The notes under the pieces are model-generated. The model was not told where the DNA came from. It did not search any database and saw nothing but the letters and a program-made list of their open reading frames with translations. Of a stretch of 64,000 nucleotides of DNA, positions 37,206 to 50,880 are shown piece after piece. A program made the translations under genes and the position numbers. Position 1 is the stretch's first letter; each line of letters begins with the position of its first letter. This DNA comes from Escherichia phage vB_EcoM_3HA14, in the sequence record MN342151.1; one strand, 5' to 3'.

Positions 37206-38381
37206 TTACGCAGTTCTCTTCCAAACATATACAACATAAGAAGGTTGCTCAATATTAAATGCTTGTCCAGCACCAAATGCACCAGTTGTACCTGAGTGAG
37301 TGTGCTCAGAAGATTGAACTGTCACAGTACCTGAGTGTCCATGTGAACCAATTGCAACACTGTGTCCATGTGCTCCGATATACACACTGTGAGAGTGGTT
37401 ACCACCAACTGAAGAATTAACGTTGAAGGTATGTGTGTGAACCCCATCAAAGTCTGTATATGACGCATTACCAACACCTGCATCAGCCGTTGCCGTAATA
37501 GCATTCACACCACCCCTGTCAGAACCCCTCAATGGAATCCTGTGGCTGTGACTACCAGCACTGCTTACAGAACCATTAACGTTATGAGCGTGGCTTCCAG
37601 AGTCGTTTGTGGCCTTAGAACCATAATCAAAACTTGATGTGCTCTTAGTCCCATAGTCAAAGTTAGAAATTACTACTGTTGCATTGTGGGAGTGTCCACC
37701 ACCAGTTAGTAATACAGAGTGTGTGTGACTTGGAATGTTATTTTGTGTAAGTGTTACAGTAGCAGAACCAAATACTGATTCTACAGGTCTTGTATCTGTG
37801 TCATAACCGACAAGAGACCTTCCTTTAGAAACTAACTCCCAAGTACCACCACAAAGTAAATATGTAGATGGGTTTGCAGGGTTAACTGACAAATGAATAG
37901 TACCGATTGGATAGCTATTCTGGATAGCTCTATATAAAGCATTCACAGCTTTTGCAGTAGCATACTTATCAGCGTCTTCAGAGTAAGAGTTTGAATATGT
38001 CCAGTTTTGAATATTAGACAAACCTACTTGAATCTTGTTAGTGTTGTGAGGGTTATTCTTGTCATTAATGTGATTCTGAATAAGGGCATTAACTTCATCA
38101 CTTGATAGAATATTAAGGTTCTGTCTAGCCTCTTCAACACTAACCACGTCTGACAAGTTATTAGCAGCCACTAATTGGAGCGCGTTAATAACATTACCAA
38201 GTTCTACGTGAACCTTTGTAACACCGTGTGGGTTATTTCTCAAAGATGCGTGTGGAGCAAGTAATTGCTCAAGTGTGCATCGTTTATCCTCAATACCTTG
38301 CTTAAGGTGAAAGATATCACTTAAATCAATAGGCAACGAGGCTTGAGGCAATGCACTAATTTGAATTTCACCTACTGGCAT
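37206..38381 (-). CDS. tail fiber protein (paralogous HxH tip)
   Basis: 391 aa; N-terminal repeats NNPHxxTKxxVxLxN; C-terminal HTHS...HSHN...GAHGHSVAIGSHGHSG...WKRTA. Confidence 0.65.
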   Translation of the reverse strand: MPVGEIQISALPQASLPIDLSDIFHLKQGIEDKRCTLEQLLAPHASLRNNPHGVTKVHVELGNVINALQLVAANNLSDVVSVEEARQNLNILSSDEVNALIQNHINDKNNPHNTNKIQVGLSNIQNWTYSNSYSEDADKYATAKAVNALYRAIQNSYPIGTIHLSVNPANPSTYLLCGGTWELVSKGRSLVGYDTDTRPVESVFGSATVTLTQNNIPSHTHSVLLTGGGHSHNATVVISNFDYGTKSTSSFDYGSKATNDSGSHAHNVNGSVSSAGSHSHRIPLRGSDRGGVNAITATADAGVGNASYTDFDGVHTHTFNVNSSVGGNHSHSVYIGAHGHSVAIGSHGHSGTVTVQSSEHTHSGTTGAFGAGQAFNIEQPSYVVYVWKRTA

Positions 38382-38383
38382 TA

Positions 38384-38683
38384 TTAGCTCCCTTTATATT
38401 CGTATGTGTAAAGGTTAGTCGTGCTAGTGGGTGCAGTTCCTGTTACTGTGTCAATTAATTCCCAACCATTGGAAACTAAATCAGGTTGCTCCGTAGCAAA
38501 TGAACGAACCTCTCCAACCGTACCATTTACTTTGTTAAGCAAATAGTTGATAATATAGTTAAACCACTGACGACCCATAGGTTCACCCCTTAATAGGCCA
38601 GTGGCTTGAATTTCTGGAGGTGGTAAAACTTTAAGCTGGTTACCATCAGCATCAACTGTATCTGTAGACCATGAAAGAGACAT
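38384..38683 (-). CDS. hypothetical tail-fiber-associated protein
   Basis: 99 aa ORF between baseplate and fiber genes. Confidence 0.35.
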   Translation of the reverse strand: MSLSWSTDTVDADGNQLKVLPPPEIQATGLLRGEPMGRQWFNYIINYLLNKVNGTVGEVRSFATEQPDLVSNGWELIDTVTGTAPTSTTNLYTYEYKGS

Positions 38684-39579
38684 TATGAACTTCCTTCTTG
38701 TTGAGATTTATCTTTTCTGCCTTTGACGATTTGGGCGACTTCTGCCATAATCCCATAATCACCACCTGCTACTGTTTCTTTACCAGCAATGAAATAGTCG
38801 TTGCTATTGTTTGTTTTGCTGACTTTCAAATAATCTTTACTGGTACTTCCACCAGTTTTATCCACTCTTACATAACCATCTCTTACACCTGCATCTGCAA
38901 AACTACCTAATTTATTTGCTTCTAGAGAGCCACCTGTGTTGTTCGTAATAAGACCCTTGTTAGTGTTTGTTACAAACCAGTTATTGTTCTCATCAGTAAT
39001 TGCCAGAGATGAATCAGCAACCTCTACAGGAGTCCAAGCAGTACCATTTAAGGTAACATCTCTAAGGATAACTGCTGAACCAATAGTTGTTGCAGCAATC
39101 TTAGAAAGTGTGTATGCTGTATCTAACACGTTATTACGAGTGTTTACACGGATAACAATTCCACCAGTCATTGGCGTAATGTGCTCAAAAATCTGGCTGA
39201 ATGATGCGTTGTAAAGAGTCATAACAGCTCTTTGTAAGAAGCTTGGTGTGGTGTCAGAACGTCTTAAGAAAATTTGAATGTAGAGGATAGCTCTGTAAGT
39301 GTCATCATCAGCACCAATAGGTCTAGGGACTTTAATCAAAGCCCCGATGTTATCAAGTTGTGTGCCAACACCTACACGAATATTTCTTTCAGTATATAAC
39401 TGATTACTGATATCCTCTAATAATTGTAACTCATCTGTGATAGATTTCAATAGACTTGTGTAAATAAACTTATCTTTGAATTGAGTTACAGTTCTTTCGT
39501 CCAATGTTTTCTCATAAAAGTTTTCAATCTTTTTAAACATTGTTACTCCTTGGTAATTGTATACTGTGAGCTTTCCCAA
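38683..39579 (-). CDS. putative baseplate/tail fiber-attachment protein
   Basis: 298 aa; position after the J-like gene as in P2/Mu baseplates; no motif. Confidence 0.3.
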   Translation of the reverse strand: MGKLTVYNYQGVTMFKKIENFYEKTLDERTVTQFKDKFIYTSLLKSITDELQLLEDISNQLYTERNIRVGVGTQLDNIGALIKVPRPIGADDDTYRAILYIQIFLRRSDTTPSFLQRAVMTLYNASFSQIFEHITPMTGGIVIRVNTRNNVLDTAYTLSKIAATTIGSAVILRDVTLNGTAWTPVEVADSSLAITDENNNWFVTNTNKGLITNNTGGSLEANKLGSFADAGVRDGYVRVDKTGGSTSKDYLKVSKTNNSNDYFIAGKETVAGGDYGIMAEVAQIVKGRKDKSQQEGSS

Positions 39580-41012
39580 ACAGTGTACTGGTCACCATCA
39601 ATAGTGATTCTTGAAGTTGTGTACTGCCCCTCAGCAGGTGGAATTGCTTGGTTATTTGAAAGTGCAACCTTAATCTCATTAATCTCGATACCTTGAATCA
39701 CATCATAGATATGTCCATAGATTCTGTTAGGGATTACATCGTTACCAACTTTCAAAGTTCTACCGTAGGCATTAATACCTTGAACAATTCTGTCATGAAT
39801 ATCCTGTTCAGGGATGTTAAGAGTTTCTTCATCGTAAAGAGAGTAAGTAACCTTGACAAAAACGTATTTAGGCATTGGTCTACTAAAGTAAACGTCGTGA
39901 GGGAGAGAACCTAAGTCATATGCAGTCCCAAAGATTGAACCATATGGGCGAATACCAGCAGGTTTCGTGTCCCAGATTGCCTGTGCAATATTATCATTCT
40001 GACCACCAACTACAACAATCTTAAAAGACTTCGGAGGAAGACCATCAGAGTTTGTTGTCTCAGTATCATTTTCTACACCAGAAGCATCAGACACACCTTG
40101 AACTCTCTTGACAGCAGCTACAATAGCATCTAGAGTACCTACACCAGTAACAGCCAAAGATTCTAAGTAACGCTGTCTCAGTTCTGTGTCAGTTTCCTCA
40201 TCACGACCTGTTGTCAAGTCATATCTGTTGAAAACACTATCGAGACCATCTACAGTTGTTTCAATCTCAATCAAGGTTCCTGCCAGAGTCTGGATGGCTC
40301 CAGTTTCATCTGCTACAACGTCACTAATTGAAGTAATCTTTGTAAATGTTAAGAATGTCGTTGCGGTAACAACCATAGGGTTAGTTCTGGCAATGATATC
40401 TCCAGTGTCTTTATAGATTCTCAGAACTGAACCATCATTAGTAACTTCAGCCTTTGCAATAATACCACCATTAATAGCATCTGCAAGTTTCTGTAGCAAT
40501 GTTGTAATGGTATCAGAACTAGTCGGCTGATATGAATACTCAATGTTGTCAATGATAATAACATAGTTTGCATCTGTTCGTAAAGAGTTAACTTCTAAGT
40601 TTGCCTCTACACAGTAAGATGGAGTCAGTGTGAAAGTTGACACAGGGTAAAAGATATTACCTGCTGTGCTTCTTAATCTTGTAGTGGCTGGTACAGGAGC
40701 ACCAGAATTACCAGTGAACTCAGCTTGGCCTCTTGTAGCCTGTGCCACATATCTGTATACAGCATTCAAAGCTGTTACATCATCTAAACTGAATCCTTCA
40801 GCTTTGTCAATAGTACCACCATCATAGATTTCTGACAAGATTTCATGAACGTCTGCAAGACCTCGGCAAACAGAAGCTAAGAATAACCCAAGTTCGCTAT
40901 CTTCAGAAACATCAAGGTTTGGTGAGATATCTCTATACAGACTTGCTTTAACATCATCCAAGATTTCTTGATATCTTTTTGTTTGTAAACCTGTAGTTGT
41001 TAATCCAGCCAT
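39543..41012 (-). CDS. putative baseplate wedge protein (gpJ/Mu gp47-like)
   Basis: 489 aa; size and synteny only. Confidence 0.35.
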   Translation of the reverse strand: MAGLTTTGLQTKRYQEILDDVKASLYRDISPNLDVSEDSELGLFLASVCRGLADVHEILSEIYDGGTIDKAEGFSLDDVTALNAVYRYVAQATRGQAEFTGNSGAPVPATTRLRSTAGNIFYPVSTFTLTPSYCVEANLEVNSLRTDANYVIIIDNIEYSYQPTSSDTITTLLQKLADAINGGIIAKAEVTNDGSVLRIYKDTGDIIARTNPMVVTATTFLTFTKITSISDVVADETGAIQTLAGTLIEIETTVDGLDSVFNRYDLTTGRDEETDTELRQRYLESLAVTGVGTLDAIVAAVKRVQGVSDASGVENDTETTNSDGLPPKSFKIVVVGGQNDNIAQAIWDTKPAGIRPYGSIFGTAYDLGSLPHDVYFSRPMPKYVFVKVTYSLYDEETLNIPEQDIHDRIVQGINAYGRTLKVGNDVIPNRIYGHIYDVIQGIEINEIKVALSNNQAIPPAEGQYTTSRITIDGDQYTVWESSQYTITKE

Positions 41013-41427
41013 TAAATGTTTACCTCTGTATTAATTTCAACATCGTCAGCAGTTGTCGTTGCATTAAATCTTACTGACACTTTTCTCATTGCATTATCCA
41101 TTGTTGAAGAGTAGTTGTAGATGTTTGTTACATCTCTCGTTTCAACAAGGTAACCTTTCATATAATTATCAAAAATAGAGGTCTTCTGCTTGAACTTAGC
41201 AAGCTGTAAATAAGGGAATCCAGCAGATGTATTAAAGAATACCTCTCCAGCCCTTAGAAGACACCTAATATGTAATCTTTGAGCTACCTGAGTAGCTTTA
41301 TCGTCTTCTGGGATAATTCTAATCTGATTACCCGTAATTTTTAAATCTCCGTGAGCAACGTATACAGAATCATTTCCTAATTTAGCTACGTAGTCACCAC
41401 CAAGATTGATTGCAAAATCTGTTTTCA

Positions 41428-41428
<1 letters not shown>
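41012..41428 (-). CDS. putative baseplate protein (gpW/gp25-like position)
   Basis: 138 aa; synteny only. Confidence 0.3.
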
Positions 41429-44189
<2,761 letters not shown>

Positions 44190-44190
<1 letters not shown>

Positions 44191-46427
44191 TATTCATCCT
44201 CTGGGTAGCTAGAGTTTAACAGAATATCTTCCTGACTCTTATCAGTGATATCCACCATCTTAGTAGCAATCTGCTTACCATCCAGATTAAAGGAAACGTT
44301 AAGCGTCTGCTTAGTTTGCAATGGTAGTCCAGAAGGAGTCATCATCATAGGTGTCTGGTTAAACTTGTTTGCAAAGTTATTTAGAGACTCAGACAGGTTG
44401 TTCATGATAATATCCCAATTTGACAAACCATTATCAACTCTCTGAATATTTCCAGAAGTGTCTGTGGTATATTGTGCAAACTGAAGTTGTCCATTCTGGT
44501 CAAAGAACATTGGACGTTTTGGATTAGTGATTCCTGAGATAGCTTCATTGAAAGGATTAGGTGTGTTAACCTCGTTAAATCTCTTTCCAGCATTCTTGTC
44601 AACTGAACCAGATAACATTAATGCAGAACCACCTACACCAAGAGCCATTCTGGTTGCTGATACACCAGCCGTTGTAGCTGCTGTTTCTGCTGCTGTAGTT
44701 AATCCAAACTTCTGTGCAATCTTAGCTAAGATACCTTCTTCAAAGATACTCTTGACAAATGCTACAGTACCACCAAAGATTTTAGCGACTTTTGTAATAG
44801 CTGCAATTGAGACACCAATAGCGGTGAACGTAGCAACTAACTCAGCAGAATCCTTGATTAGTTTCTGTTGACTAGCATCTAATTCCTTGAAATAGCCCAT
44901 TGAGGTATAGTACAATGAAGAAATGCGGTACATGATATCTGTCACGAAGTCTAGAAGGTTACTAGCACCTTTTAAAAGGTAACCAATACCTGTACCAAGT
45001 GCTTCAGATGTACCAAGGGAACCTTGCAAGAACATTGCAACTGAGTTAGAGAGTTGTGAAATACCTTCGCTAGAGTTGTTAAACAAAGCTACAAGGGTGT
45101 TATCCCACATTGCCTTTGCTTGACCCATAGAGGTAGCTGTCTGCTTAGAAACTGCATTCATACCACCTGCTGCTTCAACAAGCTCTCTCATTTTTTCTGA
45201 GACTTTTGGTAGAACGTCTTTTGCAAGAAGCTGACCATCTTTCATCATCTTGTCAAGTTCTTGTGGAGTTTTACCAATAGCATCAGAGAATAACTGAACA
45301 GCACCTGCCAAACGGTCACCTAACTGTCCACGAAGTTCTTCAGCCTGAATCTTACCTTTAGATGCCATTTGCTGGAAAGCAACCATGATACCTTTCAAGT
45401 CTTCATCAGAAGCACCACGGATACGTGAGAACATAGCAGCATTCTTATAGAACTCTTGAGTCCCTTTAAAACCTAACTCTGGTTGAGCACCAGCAGCGAA
45501 GTTTGAGTACTGCTTCATAGTGTCTGTGTAGTTCTGACCAATCTGGTGAGAGAACGTAGCAGCGAACATTCTAGCTTGCTGTGTATCCCCTCCAAAGATA
45601 GCTGTTGAGGCTAACTGTGCAGACTGTCTCTTTACACCTGCATCAATAGTCTTCTGAGCTAATTCCAACATAGCATACGCTGAAACAAAACCACCTACAA
45701 GCTGTCTTAGTGAAGAGTTTGCTCTGTCTTGTAACCAAGCTGACTCTCTGACTGCCTTAAGTCTAGCATTTTCTGCAATAACCCAACGTTTGGTAGTGTC
45801 AATGAGTTTCTTAACTTCCATTTCATACTCACCGACTTTACCACTACCTTTGTACTTATTATAGATTCCTTGTAAGCTTCCTCTGAAGGAAGTAGCCATT
45901 TGGTTACCTTGTCCACCAATTGTTTCAAGACGACGAGTCAAACCAGAATAGAAGTTGTTATTAAACATTCTTTCCATTTGTCTTTGAGCAATATCAGGTC
46001 TAACTCTAGGTGAACCACCACCCCCAACCGGAGGGATAGTGTTACCACGGCCTCTACCAACTCCACCACGAACATTGACTTTACCTTCAACATTCATAGC
46101 TTGTCTTAGAGCCTTATTAATTTCTTTGGCTGTTTTCTTACCCTGTGTTTCTAATCTACGAAGTGATTTTACACCTTGTGAATCTAAATTCATAGCATTG
46201 TTTAGGGATTTATTGATTCTGCCTGAAGCAGTCTGAGCGTTTTTTACAAGTCTGTTTAGAGCGTCTTGTGAACTTCTATTAGGCTTCACATCAAAGGCTT
46301 TATTGATATTGCGTTCGATACGTTGAGCAGACTGCATAGCCATTTTCTCAACTCTTTGCAAACCCTTAACAACCTTTTCACTGAATCCAAGTTCAACAAT
46401 AAAACTATCAACTGTATATTGTGCCAT
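44190..46427 (-). CDS. tail tape measure protein
   Basis: 745 aa, long low-complexity helical protein with Gly-rich stretch; canonical position between chaperones and baseplate. Confidence 0.7.
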
Positions 46428-46654
46428 TAAATTTTACCTGCTTTTCTGAGTTCGTTGTAAGCCATTTCTTCTTTATATGACTTCTGGATTTCTAAATACT
46501 GACGTAGAGATAATAAATCAACGAAGGTCATATCAAAAAGTTGGTTGAGTGTTTCTTTACACCCATCCATACCATAAATAGCAAGCACAAATTTCATCTC
46601 ATCTGCTTCATCATAAGTTGCCTTTACAGCCCCGTCAGTCAGCGGGGTCTGCAT
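46427..46654 (-). CDS. hypothetical protein (possible second tail assembly chaperone)
   Basis: 75 aa ORF immediately after 46663..47064, different frame. Confidence 0.3.
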   Translation of the reverse strand: MQTPLTDGAVKATYDEADEMKFVLAIYGMDGCKETLNQLFDMTFVDLLSLRQYLEIQKSYKEEMAYNELRKAGKI

Positions 46655-46662
46655 AGAATAAC

Positions 46663-47064
46663 TTAAGCTTCCTGCTGAGAAGTTAGGCTTTTGAAAATGC
46701 TTGCCTCGAAAAAACTTCCGAAGTTTGCCTCCAAAGCAAAAGCTAAGAAGTCAATAAATTCACCGTAGTTCGCTTGGAAGTAACTATCAATTTTCAGTGG
46801 GAAGTCATTAACTGTTGCCCCCTGAAATAGTGTCTCTGCCATTGCATCAATATCTAGTTCATCAACCTTTTCAAAGCAAGCTTCAACGAGTTCTTTAAAT
46901 GGGATTTTAGCTTCCCCATCTTTAGAGGTTAAACCAGAGAACATCTGTGCAAATGCTGGTACAACTGCTTTACCAAGTTTCATAGAGATACGAATACCAT
47001 CTCTTGCTCCAAGAAGAATAATAGTTACCTTCTTGCCGTTAATCATTTTAGTTTCAGTCTTCAT
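46663..47064 (-). CDS. putative tail assembly chaperone
   Basis: 133 aa ORF between tube gene and tape measure. Confidence 0.4.
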   Translation of the reverse strand: MKTETKMINGKKVTIILLGARDGIRISMKLGKAVVPAFAQMFSGLTSKDGEAKIPFKELVEACFEKVDELDIDAMAETLFQGATVNDFPLKIDSYFQANYGEFIDFLAFALEANFGSFFEASIFKSLTSQQEA

Positions 47065-47101
47065 TGTGATTCCTTAAAAGTTATGCTATAAAAACACAAA
47101 A

Positions 47102-47126
47102 GGGGAAGACCTTTTACAGTCTCCCC
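47102..47126 (-). terminator. terminator/attenuator-like hairpin GGGGAGAC-CUGUAAAAGG-GUCUUCCCC
   Basis: long inverted repeat followed on minus strand by T-rich run; between tube gene and chaperone gene. Confidence 0.45.
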
Positions 47127-47140
47127 CTTATTAGGATTTG

Positions 47141-47587
47141 TTAAACGCTTGACGCAGGGATTGTTGAAGTGTAGTCTAACTTCTCACAACCGAAAATCCA
47201 AGTTTTCGAGTTCTGGTCACGACCTAATTCAATCTGTGGAAGCTCTTGCAACCAAGCATTAATACCTGTTGCCAGAACTGAACCAGATGGGTCGTAAATT
47301 ACAAAGTTAGATGAGATATCTTCTTCAAGTTCCATGTCATCTTGTTTAGCTTGAATTGCAGAAAGCATCTGGTTTGATAGAGAAGTCTGCATTAGCTCAA
47401 TCTCAATCGTACCTGTCTTGTCTGCATTTCTTGTCAGAGCTACTTGACCACCTGCACCTACAACTGGCGTAACAAGTGGAGAAGTTCTCTGAAGACGCAA
47501 GAATGAGTCTGGTGCAAAACCTTCAATGGCAATGCCATTCCAGCTACAAACTACATCTTTAGGGGAATATTGCTGATACATAGCCAT
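47141..47587 (-). CDS. putative tail tube protein
   Basis: 148 aa ORF immediately after sheath gene. Confidence 0.5.
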   Translation of the reverse strand: MAMYQQYSPKDVVCSWNGIAIEGFAPDSFLRLQRTSPLVTPVVGAGGQVALTRNADKTGTIEIELMQTSLSNQMLSAIQAKQDDMELEEDISSNFVIYDPSGSVLATGINAWLQELPQIELGRDQNSKTWIFGCEKLDYTSTIPASSV

Positions 47588-47601
47588 TCCTAATTACTCC
47601 T

Positions 47602-48954
47602 TTATTCGTAAGCCACTGTGCCTTTCAAGTCAACATCCAAGATAGCCCCTGCAAGAATACCGTGGAAGGTAACGTCTTTCAGGATACGTGCTTTCTTATC
47701 TGCCAATGCAACTTGTGAGGCTTTAGGAACAGTAACGGTGTAAGTTGACAAAAAGTTTCTGTTAACTGCTCGCTGAAGAGATGTTTCAATGACCTGACGA
47801 ATACGGGTAATACCAGTATCATCATAAGTAATCTTACCACCCTTCTGATTAATTAGCAAGTCTCTCAGAGATGTTTTCAAATCAGATTCAAGCCAATCAA
47901 CACCACGTACAATATCAATCCATTCACCACCAGAAGTGATACCTCTACGCACTACAGGAACCCCACCATCGAGGTCAATGAAGTTACAGCTACGGGTATC
48001 CAAAGCTGACTTCTGAATGCTTGTCAGTGGTCTCTGGTTAGCAGGTTGTAGAGATGCTGCAACACCAGTTAATTGAGCGTTACCCCAAGCAATTGAACCT
48101 GCATCATATGGAGCACCATATGCGATGTAAGCCATTTCTGGGTAGTCATACTCGGCTGTGTGATGCCACAAGCAAACTGTACGAGTGTACTTGCTCTTAG
48201 CTAACTGTGCCGGAACATCTGTTGCAGAGGTCAAATCAGTGCCTTGCAGAGCCTTAACGTCAGCATTAGCTGTGAAGAAAATCTTCTTACGAGCCTGAAT
48301 CTCTGAAGCCATTGCCAAGACAAACTGTTGAGTTCTGTCTTCTGCTGAGATGAAGTACCAATCTGTTGAATATGTCTCAATGGATGCCAGAGCAGCGGAA
48401 GCCGTGTCAGCAGTTGTTGCTGCAATAGACGTTGTAGGTGTAATAGATGTTACTTTTACGAAGTCATTATCACCAGCTTTAGTAATAATCATCGTCGCAG
48501 AAGCACCAGTACCTGTTACACTAGCATTAACACCATCTTTAATTGTTGGGCTTGCTTCAATCTGTGATTTAAACTCATTCAAGACAATAAGTGCTGTGTC
48601 GTTTTCTTTTGCAGTGTACTGGAATGGCTGAGAAACACCACCACCGATAGCAACTGTCAATGAATATTCACTTCCTTCAGCCACTGTGTCAGGAATAGAA
48701 ACAGTATATTGCATAGTTCTTCTACCAATATACAGTTGAGTTACTTTTGGAGTTTGGCTCCATAGCTGTTTTGCAGCTTTATACGCAGCAGTACTTTCAT
48801 CAAAGTCTTCAGCTACTTCTGTTAATGAAGTATAACCACGGATTCTTTCTTCAAAGTTATCTGTTGAAGCAAGGAATAATGGTAAACCAAAACCTTCTCT
48901 TGTAGTTCCTGCTGTGTTCAATGTAATATCTACATTAACAATTGGATTCCACAT
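47602..48954 (-). CDS. tail sheath protein
   Basis: 450 aa; C-terminal region (GGEWIDIVRGVDWL) resembles contractile sheath proteins; followed by tube gene. Confidence 0.65.
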   Translation of the reverse strand: MWNPIVNVDITLNTAGTTREGFGLPLFLASTDNFEERIRGYTSLTEVAEDFDESTAAYKAAKQLWSQTPKVTQLYIGRRTMQYTVSIPDTVAEGSEYSLTVAIGGGVSQPFQYTAKENDTALIVLNEFKSQIEASPTIKDGVNASVTGTGASATMIITKAGDNDFVKVTSITPTTSIAATTADTASAALASIETYSTDWYFISAEDRTQQFVLAMASEIQARKKIFFTANADVKALQGTDLTSATDVPAQLAKSKYTRTVCLWHHTAEYDYPEMAYIAYGAPYDAGSIAWGNAQLTGVAASLQPANQRPLTSIQKSALDTRSCNFIDLDGGVPVVRRGITSGGEWIDIVRGVDWLESDLKTSLRDLLINQKGGKITYDDTGITRIRQVIETSLQRAVNRNFLSTYTVTVPKASQVALADKKARILKDVTFHGILAGAILDVDLKGTVAYE

Positions 48955-49554
48955 TTATTTTACCCCTTTGGAGTCTACATCTAGATGGATAGTATATTCT
49001 GGTGGCTCCTGTCCTTCCTCGTAAACCAATTCACCATCCACAATGACACGTTCAATAATACTTCCACGTTCATCTTTTAATACTGAATTTTTTACAAGGG
49101 TTACAACAAGAGGTGCAGAATTTTCAAAATCTGTGTTGAGATAAGTATAATCATTCGGGATAGCCCCTGTATCAAGTACTGAAGCACCTGTCATGTCAGC
49201 TAGATAATCTCTTGTAGTACTCATCTCTAATCTTTGTTTTAGCTCAAGCATAATACTGTGAGCACCTTTACCATTTACAGTAATCAGTACAGGAATCTGG
49301 AAAGCAATTCTGTAACAAACTACATCATCTTCCACGAACTTATCAAGGACCCAACCATAAGGTGTGGTAGCATCTTGACAGTATACTGTAATAAAAGGTT
49401 GGTCTGGTTTCAGACCTTTATCATTGGAATTATCTGAAGGGTAAGCCCTAATAACGTTTGGTCTGTTATTCTTGTCTCTCGCTAAACGGTGACCAATAAC
49501 ATCAACCAAAACTCGGACAATACCTTTCTCAAGTTCTGCTGTTTCTAACTGCAT
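48955..49554 (-). CDS. hypothetical head-tail joining / tail completion protein
   Basis: 199 aa; position only. Confidence 0.3.
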   Translation of the reverse strand: MQLETAELEKGIVRVLVDVIGHRLARDKNNRPNVIRAYPSDNSNDKGLKPDQPFITVYCQDATTPYGWVLDKFVEDDVVCYRIAFQIPVLITVNGKGAHSIMLELKQRLEMSTTRDYLADMTGASVLDTGAIPNDYTYLNTDFENSAPLVVTLVKNSVLKDERGSIIERVIVDGELVYEEGQEPPEYTIHLDVDSKGVK

Positions 49555-49930
49555 TCATCTTATCCCTTCTAATAATGATATACTCATAATGGGATGTGTG
49601 AGCTAATTGTTCAGACCAATCCATTGTCATAAAGACTTCGTATTCGTGTCCCTTAATCATGACAATATCAGCTTCAGTCCAATCAACATCATCAGATGTT
49701 CTTAACTCAGCTACAGTGAAAAGGATTCTTGTATCTGTCAGTCTGATACCTTCAGGTAAAACAATCTGTGTACCATTCTTTACAGAACCCTTAATATAAG
49801 GTTGAATATTACCTTTGCAGTTAATTGATACAACATCCTGTGAAGCTACCCAATCACCATCTTCATTGTAATGACCATCTTCAGATACCTTTCTTTTAAC
49901 TACAAAGCTGTGTCTATTTAAGAGTCTCAT
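49529..49930 (-). CDS. hypothetical head-tail joining protein
   Basis: 133 aa; position only. Confidence 0.3.
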   Translation of the reverse strand: MRLLNRHSFVVKRKVSEDGHYNEDGDWVASQDVVSINCKGNIQPYIKGSVKNGTQIVLPEGIRLTDTRILFTVAELRTSDDVDWTEADIVMIKGHEYEVFMTMDWSEQLAHTSHYEYIIIRRDKMNAVRNSRT

Positions 49931-50409
49931 TTTTTAATACCTTTCTTAGTAGAGATTTTATAAGCAAGGTTATCTCGTAAATCTCCAGTTTCTACAAGAG
50001 GGGCATTGAAGCCTTTCTTTTTAACTGTAGATGGAGCGTTAGGAGGCAATATAGCCGTATTACCAAAACCTCTTTTAATTGCTTTCTGAGCACTCTTTGC
50101 AAATGCTTCTAAAGTATCTGAGGGGTCAGTATTAAGACTGTTTAATTGCTTATAGAGATTCTTCTTAGTCTGCTCTAACAAGGTCTGTCTGTGTAACATC
50201 ATAGTAATTTCAAACAACCTACGATATACTTTACCTGAAGCTGCTGGTACACCAATAACTTCATGCAAGTACATTAAAGCAGAGTAAGAAAAACCAGAGC
50301 TATGTTGACCTTGTTCCTGAAAATACCCAACTTGAGCATTAGCCGTATGCAAGTTCTTCATAGCCCCGACTAATTTAGCTCTAGCGGGGTGAATAACCCT
50401 TTTAACCAT
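49927..50409 (-). CDS. hypothetical head-tail joining protein
   Basis: 160 aa; position only. Confidence 0.3.
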   Translation of the reverse strand: MVKRVIHPARAKLVGAMKNLHTANAQVGYFQEQGQHSSGFSYSALMYLHEVIGVPAASGKVYRRLFEITMMLHRQTLLEQTKKNLYKQLNSLNTDPSDTLEAFAKSAQKAIKRGFGNTAILPPNAPSTVKKKGFNAPLVETGDLRDNLAYKISTKKGIKK

Positions 50410-50858
50410 TATTCATCTCGCTCGATAATAAATACACCATTGACACGTTCACAGTAATCTCTACCGTAGTATCTAACAGCATCGCCATATTCAGTATATT
50501 TCTTGACAGAGCAAGGATTTTGACGACGCATGTCAATATCACACTGGTTAATACCACCCGCATAAGGGAGGCCACTAACAGAGCTTTTAACTAGGTCGTC
50601 ATAGACAGCTTTCAGAGATTTGAATCTGGAAGAGTTTCGTAAATAAACACCACCAACTTTCTCATCTCCCATCTTGGCTACTTGAAAGAGTAAATATTTA
50701 AGAGCTTTGATGGCTGCTTTCTTTTCATCCTTTCCAGATTCTTGGTAGAACCACTCTAGCACCGATTGGTCAATGAGGATTTCATTGTTGTCAGTATCGG
50801 TGCAGAGGATTCGAACTCTATCAAGAGGGTTATTAGCGGGGTCGCCTGTATAACACAT
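50409..50858 (-). CDS. hypothetical head completion protein
   Basis: 149 aa; position only. Confidence 0.3.
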   Translation of the reverse strand: MCYTGDPANNPLDRVRILCTDTDNNEILIDQSVLEWFYQESGKDEKKAAIKALKYLLFQVAKMGDEKVGGVYLRNSSRFKSLKAVYDDLVKSSVSGLPYAGGINQCDIDMRRQNPCSVKKYTEYGDAVRYYGRDYCERVNGVFIIERDE

Positions 50859-50880
50859 TTATAACCCTCCTTTCAAGTTA

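Noticed and set aside
46427-47064. Programmed frameshift joining the two chaperone-position ORFs
   Set aside because: ORFs are separated by a stop and 8 nt, and no slippery heptamer was seen near the junction.
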